DNA of 35,074 bases from the NCBI GenBank assembly GCA_003990765.1, contig RBNJ01000262.1, positions 1 to 35,074 on the forward strand. The letters run 5' to 3'. A program made the translations under genes and the position numbers. Within the stretch, counting starts at the first letter, position 1, and each line of letters begins with the position of its first letter. Positions 13,557-22,832 of this stretch are shown here, piece by piece. Under the pieces are notes generated by a model that saw only the letters and a program-made list of their open reading frames with translations, was not told where the DNA came from and ran no database searches. The stretch comes from Jimgerdemannia flammicorona (lineage: Eukaryota).

Positions 13557-13750
13557 AATCAGGATAATTAATAATGCGAATGAATGAATGGGTACAAGAC
13601 TTAACAAGTACCATCCCGAATCGCCCCCTGCCTGAATGGCTGCTGTCCCCACGTGCCACCGCTCCTTCTACAAAAATCCGGAGGCTCAGCCCCAAGTCAA
13701 GTCACATCCCGCCCCTTACACCACTCCCCTCAGCATTACAGCCCCTCGCC

Positions 13751-14397
13751 ATGTCTGGCGCTACCTACTACAACTACTACCAGAACGACCCCAATACCCT
13801 TGTTCTGTCCGTCATGGGCGCCATGGGACGGGGAAAGTCCAGCCTACTCAACTCCATCGCTGGCGAGCAGATCTACCAAACTGGCCGCGCTGTCGAGGTG
13901 AGTACTGCGGCGCGTTGTCATTGGTAGCGCCACGTCGATTGAGGCCGGAGTTGAGGTGACAGTGGCGTGCGCATTTGCCGTATGACTGGCCGCAGCAGCT
14001 ATCGGTAGCGCGTACACTCGACGAGCGGACTTGGGCGAGGAGCTCCGTGGGTGGATCAATCTTGGTTGTTGAACACGGCGCGTGTGAGAGATCGCGGTAG
14101 CGAATGACAGCAAAGGTGACTCCTGGTCTAGCCTACTCACGCATCTCTCCATTGCTCTCTCCCTCATCCAGCCCATTACCACGCACGTCGAGTCGGTCAT
14201 CCGACCATGGCGCAACCCGCCCATCTCGCGCTTCTGCCACCTCATCGACACGCCCGGAATGTGCGACTCATCCGTGAGAGACAAGAAGAATGTGCAAGAG
14301 ATGGTTAAGTACTTCAAGAGCCTGTCGTACGGCGTGAGCGCGTTTATTCTAGTATTCAATGTGGAGGATGTCAGGTAGGTCGGGGGGGGGGTGGGGG

Positions 14398-14428
<31 letters not shown>

Positions 14429-15111
14429 ACGCATACGCGAGCTTAATCGTTGTAGATAATTCTTCAGCTCCCACTACGAGGGTAGCATGTAATTCTCCGT
14501 GGCTAAATAATTATCACGCTCACCACACTCTCTCGCACGTGAAACACCCCAGGCTCGACGCCTACACGCAAAACATGCTTCACCTCTTTGAACGCCTCCT
14601 AGGCCGAGACTTTTGGCGCTACGTGATCATTGTCTTCACGCACGTAGACGAGGACAACCGCGACCTTCTCGATGATAACATCGATGTCCTCTCCGACCCT
14701 ACGGACGGCTTCGCGGCAGAGCTTGGGCGGATCTTCGCTCTTGACCCGGCCACGGTCAAGCTCCCAACCATCTTCTTGACGACTAAGAATGTCAAGTACT
14801 CGACATACGCGCACCAGTGCCTGCAGGACCTTTACGACTCCATTCGCGTGCGCGAGGAGCAAGCCCGCGGCAAGAAGTTTTCCTGCCACTGGTTCCGCCA
14901 AATCCTTGCCACACCCTCTGACGAGGAGAAGACAGGATTTATCGTCGCTTCCGTCAGAGAAGCCGTCGGCGCGCTCAGGAACATATTTAGCAGTGGCGGT
15001 GGCGGCGGCAGCGGCGGATCATCCCAAGCGAGGACTGGGTACTCCGGGAGGGGCTCACAGCCGAGGGAGGAGAGGGGGGGTAGTGGAGGTGGATGGTGCC
15101 CGATTCAGTGA
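13751..15111 (+). CDS. AIG1/GIMAP-like GTPase, copy 2, ~302 aa, with C-terminal CaaX (CPIQ); exons 13751-13897, 14172-14374, 14553-15111
   Basis: MGAMGRGKSSLLNSIAG, G2 PITT, G3 LIDTPGMCDS, YGVSAFILVFN...RLD, G4 VIIVFTHVD, Gly-rich linker then CPIQ*. GT-AG introns. Confidence 0.9.
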
Positions 15112-16499
15112 GAGGTTGGGAGGCGTGGGCGTGTTGGAAGACGGCGGGATTTCCCTTGCCGGTGGAGAATTCTTTTTTTTCTTTTTACTTTGTTCCTTTG
15201 TCGGGTTGTGCAGTTGGACCAGGTGGGAAGTCAAATGTGTGTATACTCTGCTTGTTTTTTCTTCTCTTTTGACCCTCTTGTTTCTTCCGCGGGCTTGCCC
15301 GTGTACATCATTCCAGACTGTACCCTTCGCCGGTATCCAGCTACCTTCTCTTAAAAACTTCAACATGTTGTCTTTTCGGACCAGCGTGCTTGGCTATCCC
15401 TGTGCTTGGCTATCCCTTTTCCCCTATCGGATTTAATTGTGGTGGTCCTATCCTCGCTTCGCCCGTCATCTACATTGTCTATCCTTTCCCCCATCCACCT
15501 CCACCATCCACCTCCGTATCGCTTACACTCACCTCCCTTTTCACCCCTGCACTGTAATGCGTCTCGCTCGAGCGCCGCAACCACGTCGACGGCGCAGGCT
15601 GCAACATCGTTCGCGTTCCATAGAGAAGAAGGAATTACGAAAAGGGGGGAATCAAGATTCCCGAAACGACGAAGATATCCGCCTCCAAATCCGACGCCTC
15701 GCGTTCTCCTCCTCCTCACGGTATGGCAGGTTAGGAGACTCTGAAGGGACGGTCGGTGTGTGTTGACTGTCAGTCGGGGATTATTATTATTATTATGGAG
15801 CAAGGGGCGGAGGAGGGGGGAAGTAGAATAGGGAACCGTTTGTTGTATGTGCCTTCCCTGTCGCGACGCTCAACATGGGTCCGTCCGGATCGCACTGGGA
15901 TCTGTGTTGAACCAACATAATGAGAGATTATAAGCAGCGAAAAAGTCCATTACATCTCGCATGCGCGCATGATAAACTCTTGGGCGAGGACCCGCGAAGA
16001 TCTCGAGGGTAGCCATATCGAAAAAGAGGCAGATGTGGGCGCGATGTAATTATGACATTACTGAGCCGCGCTTACTCATGTAGGGTTCCGCGTTGCGGTT
16101 TTTCTCGAGTACGAAGCTCGAAGATATGATACATCTCATACGTTAAGTACATGTGTACGTCATGTATGCGATGCGGTTTTATGGTGTATTATTACAAATG
16201 ACCACACTTGAACACTTTATAACCTTGGTTCGTGTCCAAAAAGAAGGCCTGTCGTTGCGAACATCTCCCTGATGCAGGATGAATCGAATCACGATGCATT
16301 ATCTATATTTTATTAATGTTCAATCAATTCCTTCCTATACAAAATACAAATCGAAGAGCGATGCGCGGCAACCCTCCCTCCCCACCCCCCCTCTTCCCTT
16401 CTCGTCTCTCGCTTACCTCCATCACCGAATCGTCCCCTCCATCTCCACTTTATTCACACAAGTCACACACTTGCACCTCGGCACAAACTTCTTGTCTAC

Positions 16500-16970
16500 T
16501 CATCTTACATGCACCGCAAGGCACGTATCACAAAACCTCCTGCTAATTGTCACGCCCGTCAGGCTGGACCCTGCCGGATCATGCTATCGATCGGGGAAAG
16601 GAAGTACATGGTCTCGAGTAGGACGGCGGGCCGTCGCGCAGAGCGACCGCGGTCCTTGCCGCATTTTTGCGGCCCATTTCATCGCTTGCCGGTGCAAGAA
16701 CCGGCATAAAGATGCCGCACGACTCGCAGGAAGCCCCCGCGTCGAGATAGGCCGCCATCGAGGTCGGGAGGAGGACGCGGATCTTGGCCAGGGTAAGGTC
16801 GAGGGCTGTGCTGGTGTGGGTCGACTTGGGACGCTGCCGAGCGTGGCGAAGGATAATCCCGGCGCAAGTGGCCTGCAAGCTTGGCGGGTAGCGAGTGGTT
16901 TGGAGGGAGACCCAGGCGCGGATGGGGTTCCAGTTAGAGGGATCTCGACACGGACAGGCCAACAAAAGTC
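16500..16970 (-). pseudogene. Truncated/frameshifted gene remnant resembling the Cys-rich C-terminus of LRR proteins
   Basis: NWNPI...PPSLQATCAGIIL...LPTSMAAYLDAGASCESCG, then in another frame TISRRFCDTCLAVHVR*. The 5' part is missing next to the TE block starting ~17.1 kb. Family resemblance is from memory only. Confidence 0.35.
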
Positions 16971-17126
16971 ACAGTTCAAGGATTTATATGAAAACACAGG
17001 TATTTATGACATCTACTTTTGGCCATATCGTATCATGAACAAAATGTCAAAGAAGAGAAGTTGAGCATGATTGTTATATATATTTCAATCAAAGCTGCAT
17101 TACCAGCCAAACTTGTTTTCACATAA

Positions 17127-17232
17127 CAGACCTCACGTTACAGACCTCACGTTGCAGACCTCACATTGCAGACCTCATATTGCAGACCTCACATTACAGA
17201 CTTCACATTAAAGACCTAATTACAGACCTTAC
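17127..17232. repeat. 14-bp tandem repeat CAGACCTCAC(G/A)TT(A/G), ~7 copies decaying rightwards
   Basis: Directly visible at the island/AT-rich boundary. Probably subterminal repeats of the adjacent transposon remnant. Confidence 0.9.
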
Positions 17233-17235
17233 AAG

Positions 17236-18350
17236 ATGTCTCACACTTCAGAAAATTCTGCAGTCATTAAGGCAATAAGATTTTTGACCATACAAGCTAT
17301 AATATATGAAATCTATAATGATACAAAAGAGGACAAAGATAAGACTTATTATTATAATAATAGTAGCAGCAGAGATGATATCTATAACAGTAGTAACAAA
17401 TTCACAACCACTTTAAGCAAAAACCCCAACATCTTCTAACTGGACATATAATGTCCTTCTAAAGTACAATAATAAGAAATATAAAGAGATTCTATATATA
17501 AGTAGAGTTATCTTTAACAAATTAATTTCTGAGATAGAAAACTATACTGTATTTCAGAATAAGTCATCAAACTCTCAGACTCAAGTCTATATTCAAGTTA
17601 TTGTTCTGCTTAAAATCTTGATAGATTGATGATATATGTTGAACTGGTAGTTTTATTTGAAATATCTGAAAGCTCTATTGATATTTTCTATATATAGTTA
17701 ATTATAGCAATTATAGATAATCTTGGTAAAAAATATATACAGTAGTCTCAGAATGATAATTAATATTACAAAGTCTATGCTGAATTTGAATGTCTTGCTG
17801 AATTTCCCAGAGTTATTAGAGCAATTAACTGCACATATCCTATTTCAAAAGTCTCTAAAAAGTACAAAATAGTATACTAGTTAAAAAAAATAAGATATTT
17901 ACTTAATGTTTAAGAAACTATCAATCATCTTAGCTTCTTTACTAGTTATTATATTGGGTGGTCTAAATAGAAGAATATTTAATAAGTTAATTATTTTATA
18001 ATAATATAAAATACTTATATATAATAATTATATTATTAGAGATAATAGATATAAACCTTATACATTATTTCTAATCTATCTATATCTAAAACCAAAGCTA
18101 TCAAAAGATTGTCAAAGAATATTCAATAAGAAACTATCAAAAACAAGAGTGATAGTTAAATTACCTTTAGCTACTTAAAGATAAAATATATTAATTACAA
18201 AATAGTTTATTACTCAATATTGAGCTAATAATTACCTTTATTATATAAGTAAGATTTTCACATTTAATAGGTCTTTAAAACAAAGATATTTCAAAAGCTG
18301 TAGATCTTATTTAAACTACTTTTATTTTCTATAATTTTATTCAAATCACT
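17236..18350 (+). pseudogene. Second, heavily decayed Harbinger (HARBI1-like) DDE transposase
   Basis: FQNKSSNSQTQVYIQVIVLL, EFPRVIRAINCTYP (=GFP.VIGAIDGTH), FFTSYYIGWS, IIRDNRY (=GDSGY), FNKKLSKTRVIV, TFSYLK, FYNFI. Many stops. Confidence 0.7.
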
Positions 18351-18568
18351 AGTAATAGAGATGAAACAAAAATATAGATAATAAGAATATAAATAAAGAT
18401 AAGAATGAAAATATAGAAAAGAAAGATAAGAGCAAAAATAAGCAAAGAAGTAGAAAAGTGAAGGTATAAAATTCTCAGCTATATTATTATTAGTTTTTAT
18501 TCTTACTTTTTCTTTATATTAATTGACAGTTAGTTTTTAATAATCTTAATTATAAAGATCAAGATATT

Positions 18569-18906
18569 GCAGAGGAGGAAGAAGGCTCAGCGGGAGCCAA
18601 GGGAGTGAACCCAGAGCCAGTGTCAAAGCGAACAGAAGACATGTGGAAGAGCATGTATAAGGGGGATGAACAAAGAACGTAACCGAAAATGCATCAGCCA
18701 TTTATTGCCACGTAAAAACGTGGTCCTTATATACAAAATACGACATCCCAAAAGGGAGGATACGCCACAACTCGGGGCAAACTGAATTAGGAACCACATG
18801 ACTGCCGGAGATAGGCGGAGATAAAGGGGGAGCCAATCCCAGTTGCAGGATAAAAATCACAAACAAACACAAACAAAACAAATCCAAATCGAGATTAAAA
18901 AACATC
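18569..18906 (-). repeat. Inverted pseudo-LTR arm (338 bp), reverse complement of 19060-19397
   Basis: Aligned by eye; differences seen are transitions, mostly at CpG. Confidence 0.95.
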
Positions 18907-19395
18907 CTTGCCCCCTCCGGGGTCTCACGCTCACTCCGGGGTCTCGGCCTTACTCCGCTCCCCTCTGCTGCCTTCGGCCCCTCGCTTCGCTCGGGCTCAC
19001 TGCGGCTCGCTCCGTTTCGGCCTCACCCCTCGCTCGCACTCACCCCTCCGGGGTCTGCAGATGTTTTTTAATCTTGATTTGGATTTGTTTTGTTTGTGTT
19101 TGTTTGTGATTTTTATCCTGCAACTGGGATTGGCTCCCCCTTTATCTCCGCCTATCTCCGGCGGTCATGTGGTTCCTAATTCGGTTTGCCCCGAGTTGTG
19201 GCACATCCTCCCTTTTGGGATGTCGTATTTTGTATATAAGGACTGCGTTTTTATGTGGCAATAAACGGCTGATGTATTTTTGATTACATTCTTTGTTCGT
19301 CCCCCTTATACATGCTCTTCCACATGTCTTCCATTCGCTTTGACACTGGCTCTGGGTTCGCTCCCTTGGCTCCCGCTGGGCCTTCTTCCTCCTCT
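18893..19395 (+). repeat. 5' pseudo-LTR (503 bp)
   Basis: Direct repeat of 22330-22832. Includes the GC-rich hairpin cassette, TATATAAG (19233), AATAAA (19260) and the first ~24 codons of ORF1. Confidence 0.95.
19233..19265 (+). promoter_or_regulatory. Candidate TATA box (TATATAAG) and AATAAA within the pseudo-LTR
   Basis: Both motifs are present in all three repeat copies, ~90 and ~60 nt upstream of the ORF1 ATG. Function inferred. Confidence 0.45.
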
Positions 19396-20320
19396 GCTGT
19401 ACCGCCTGCCCTCGGGGCCTCCGTCCTCATCGACGAGCTCATGGATGAGGTACATACTTCCTCCTCCCCCTCCCCCTGCCTTCACCCCCGCCACTGTCTC
19501 CTTCGAGACCTACATCTCTTCTGCCATCCTTTCCCTCCCCCTGGACCTTCGTCCTTCTGGTCGTCCGCTCCTCTCTCAGTTCCGGTCGGTTCTTGCCCTC
19601 TCCGCCAAGGAGGCTCGTCTCCGTCATGATGTCGACGTCATCGCTCCGCCTGCCGTCCGCTATTCCATTCTCCCCGAGGCCTGCCACCAAGCCCTCTCCA
19701 AAGAGGTCCGTGCCGCCACTGCCACCGCCAAGCTTACTGCCGCTGATGCCGCCGCTGCTTCCACCACCACTGCTCCTCTGCCTACCTCCCCCGAGGTTTC
19801 GGTCTCCAAGGCCATCCGCGCCAAAGCTCGTGCTGCTGCTCGTGCTGAGGTTTATTCCTTCGCCACTGCCGCCGCCAAGGCCCCCTCCAAGACCCCCACC
19901 AAGACCCCCACCAAGCCCAACCAGGCTTTGTCGGCCTCTTCCTGGTCCCCCTCCCCTGCCAAGGCTTCCTCCTCCATTCCCCCTGCCCCCAAGCATGGCC
20001 GCCAACTTGGTTCTCGCCCCGTCGGGGCCTGGCCTTGTGCTGTCTGCTCCGGTCGCCTCCACCATGCCTACTGGCATCCGGCCAAGTCCGTCTGTCCTCA
20101 TGGTGGTGTTCCTCATGCTGCTGCCCCTTCGGCTGCTTGCTCGCCTTCAGCCTCCTCTGCTGGTTCTTCCTCCGCCTCTTCTCCCTGTGCCCCTGAATGT
20201 AAGGGCTGCACGAAAGCCTGTGGCTGCAAGGTCTGGCACTCTGATGGGGTGTGCTCTCATTCGTCGAGTTCGCCACCTTCAAAAAAAGTCAGAGGGAAGG
20301 GGAAGGCCTCCTGCTCTTAA
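19324..20320 (+). CDS. PLE ORF1: Ala/Pro/Ser-rich, basic, with C-terminal Cys/His clusters (putative Zn/nucleic-acid binding) and NLS-like PPSKKVRGKGK
   Basis: Long open frame 19280-20320. The likely start ATG 19324 (MSSIRFDTGSGFAP...LIDELMDEV) is in another frame, implying a frameshift near 19455. Motifs CAVCSGRLHHAYWH..VCPH and CAPECKGCTKACGCKVWH..VCSH. Confidence 0.65.
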
Positions 20321-22335
20321 ACTTCCCCCTAGCATGGTTCTCCCCCGGTGTCCCCGTCCCTTCTCGGATTCCGTCGTCACTTCTGGTGCGCCCTGAGTGG
20401 TTCCTCATATTGTCCCCCCTTTGCCTTTCCCAGTTGCTTGTCCCAAATTTTCGAGTTTACTCTTCTCTTAGAACACTTTTGTCTCTTCCTTTTTCTTCGG
20501 CTGACTGCCCCCTTTCTCCCCTTCAAGTCTTTGCCTTATTCTTGGGTCCTCGCTTTGTTTTTCCTGCAACTCCCTCACAATTCTCCTTCACCGATCCGGC
20601 TCGTCTAACACGTTTTCATCGTGCTCTTGACCTTGCCATTTTCTTTCAAGATCGCGGTGAGATGCCCTCTCGCTATTTTGTTCCTAGCAATTGGGTCCCC
20701 CCTCCCAATGTCTCTTCACACTGCGTATTCCTCGACATGGCTTGCTCACTGTCCATTCCTGGATGAGCTCGCTCTTGCTTGGTTTCGGACTGTGCCGTGC
20801 ATACCGCGCTTAAATCGGTCAAGCAATTGCCTATGCACTTGCTCACAGTCACTGATAAGAATCAGGGTTTTGCACTTATTCCTAAGTCGCTCTACCTTGA
20901 TGGCCTTTCTGCCCTCCTTCGAGCCACGGCTTACGAGCCTAGTGCTCTTGGATTGGATGAGGTTCTCACTCTTCTTCAGGTTTCTCTGGCTCACACTAGA
21001 TCACTTTCGGATTCCCCATTCGCGAACCCTGTTTTTAACTTCTTCCAGGACTCTTTGTCCTCCCCGGATATTTCTCTTCTGGTTTTCTATGCTCTTCCTA
21101 AAGTTCATAAGCCTATTTTGGCTTGGCGTCCTATTACGGCTGCTTACAGTTCTCCTACTACCGAGATTTCGAAGTGGTTATCCCGCTTCTTTCTCTCCTG
21201 GATGGCTCTCTTACAACACCATCTTGGGCCTGAGTATACTATTCTTCGCGATACTCAGGAGCTCGCCCTTCTCTGCTCCACCATTGTGCCTGTTCATCAC
21301 TTTTCCCATTTGGCCTCTGGTGACTTCTCTTCCTTCTATACTGCTATTCGTTTTGATGAGATCGATGATTGCCTTCGCTTCTTGGGTTCCTTGGTTTTTC
21401 CTTTGGATTCCTCGGTTTCGCTGGCTTCTATTGTTGAGCTTACGCTTCTCGTCTGCAGCTCCAATTATTTTGAGTCGGCCCTTGGCTCCTTTCACCAGAC
21501 TTCTGATATTGCCATGGGTACGAATTGTGCCCCCACCCTTGCCAACCTCGTTGGCCTGGCCCACGAATTGCATACGTTACGTGATATTACTTCACCTCTT
21601 TCCATTGCATTCTGGGCTGGGGATATCTTCTTTCGCCGATACATTGATGACTTTATTGTCTTCGCTGTTGCTGGTGTTGATATCCCTAGTATGTTCCTGG
21701 GCGTCTACCCTCTCCACCATTCTATTACCTGGGTGTGTGGTATGACTAGTATTCTCTTTTTGGACCTTTCCATTTCTCTTTCTCCTTTCCGAACTGTTGT
21801 TTATTCTCGTTTTCCCCGTTCCCAACAGTTCCCTGACTTCTTGTCCAACCATCCTTGTCACACTCTTCTTGAATGTGTTTGGGGTGAGGCTCATCGTCTT
21901 GCACTATGCTGCTCCCGTTGTTCGGATTGGGTGTCTGCTGTTCGGGTTCTTGGCAACTTCGTAGTCCATCGTCGTGCCTACCCTATTTCTATCGTTCGCG
22001 ATCTGCTTGCTTCTGTTGAATGGTCTGTTGTTCGCTCTACCCTTCTCTCTCCTCTTTATCTCCCCTCCCTTCCCTCTCTCCCCCCTTACCCTCTCCGTAC
22101 CCCCTCTTCTTTCCCACCCCCGATTCTCGTTATATCATTTGATCATGCTCGCTGGGTCGCTCAATGCCCTGATACCGTCCTGTGCTCTTCTCTTTCACAC
22201 CATGGACTTTCATCTCTTTCCCGACGCCCTCTGATTGCTCATTTGCATCTTCCTTCTGTTTCTTCTTCAATCCATCGCTCTCGTTTTGCATTTTCGTCAC
22301 CTTCTGGTGCCTCCGGTTCTGCCGGAGAGGATTAA
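20251..22335 (+). CDS. Penelope-type reverse transcriptase (ORF2), no GIY-YIG domain, one in-frame TGA at 20764-20766
   Basis: ORFs 20251-20766 and 20779-22335 share a frame. PLE motifs: LFLGPRFV, SNWVPP, TDKNQG, FYALPKVHK..AWRPI..SPT, GDFSSFYTAI, Q..IAMGTNCAPTLANL, RYIDD, FLDL, SNHP, and linker P.IAH..LPS..HRS, followed by a stop. Confidence 0.92.
20281..20330 (+). promoter_or_regulatory. Candidate -1 programmed ribosomal frameshift signal
   Basis: A-AAA-AAA is in the correct ORF1 phase (TCA AAA AAA), followed by a stem GGGGAAG (20299-20305) / CTTCCCC (20322-20328). ORF2 is -1 relative to ORF1 and has no ATG in the overlap. Confidence 0.6.
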
Positions 22336-22832
22336 AAAACATCCTTGCCCCCTCCGGGGTCTCACACTCGCTCTGGGGTCTCAGCCTTACTCCGCTCCCC
22401 TCCGCTGCCTTCGGCCCCTCGCTTCGCTCAGGCTCGCTGCGGCTCGCTCCATTTCGGCCTCACCCCTCACTCGCGCTCACCCCTCTGGGGTCTGCGGATG
22501 TTTTTTAATCTCGATTTGGATTTGTTTTGTTTGTGTTTGTTTGTGATTTTTATCCTGCAACTGAGATTGTCTCCCCCTTTATCTCTGCCTATCTCCGGCG
22601 GTCATGTGGTTTCTAATTCGGTTTGCCCTGAGTTGTGGTGCATCCTCCCTTTTGGGATATCGTATTTTGTATATAAGGACCGCATTTTTACGTGGCAATA
22701 AACGGCTGATGCATTTTCGGTTACATTCTTTGTTCGTCCCCCTTATACACACTCTTCCATATATCTTCCGTTTGCTTTGACACTGGCTCTGGGTTCGCTC
22801 CCTTGGCTCCCGCTGGGCCTTCTTCCTCCTCT
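22330..22832 (+). repeat. 3' pseudo-LTR (503 bp)
   Basis: Direct repeat of 18893-19395. The RT stop codon (22333-22335) lies within its first stem arm. Confidence 0.95.

Larger units (their letters stand above)
18569..22832 (+). mobile_element. Endonuclease-deficient Penelope-like retroelement (PLE) with direct and inverted pseudo-LTRs
   Basis: PLE-type RT, upstream ORF1, 503-bp direct repeats (18893-19395, 22330-22832) and an inverted copy at 18569-18906. GC-rich and strongly pyrimidine-skewed relative to AT-rich flanks. No clear TSD. Confidence 0.9.

Noticed and set aside
13335..13652. ORF with IEP repeats
   Set aside because: It is the translation of the 9-bp tandem repeat on the antisense strand of a probable promoter region.
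16279..17064. 261-aa plus-strand ORF
   Set aside because: No motif; better explained as antisense to the minus-strand gene remnant.
17127..17232. CRISPR-like array (also 13501-13556)
   Set aside because: Head-to-tail tandem units without unique spacers, in a eukaryotic context with no cas genes.
18702..19264. Short ORFs in the pseudo-LTR copies (MFFNLDLDLF...)
   Set aside because: They recur only because the repeat is triplicated, and there is no independent coding evidence.
19060..19395. Hammerhead ribozyme in the pseudo-LTR
   Set aside because: CTGATG is followed by T/C rather than A in all copies, and no CTGANGA...GAAA core was found by eye on either strand. A covariance-model search could still find a variant.
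20621..21745. 374-aa overlapping ORF, also 19593-20396 and 19439-20116
   Set aside because: Shadow frames explained by the A-poor composition suppressing stop codons; no recognisable motifs.
18569..22832. DIRS/Ngaro or LTR retrotransposon interpretation of the inverted/direct repeats
   Set aside because: RT motifs (LPKVHK, RPI, AMG, SNHP) are Penelope-type, and no tyrosine recombinase, RNase H, protease or integrase is present.
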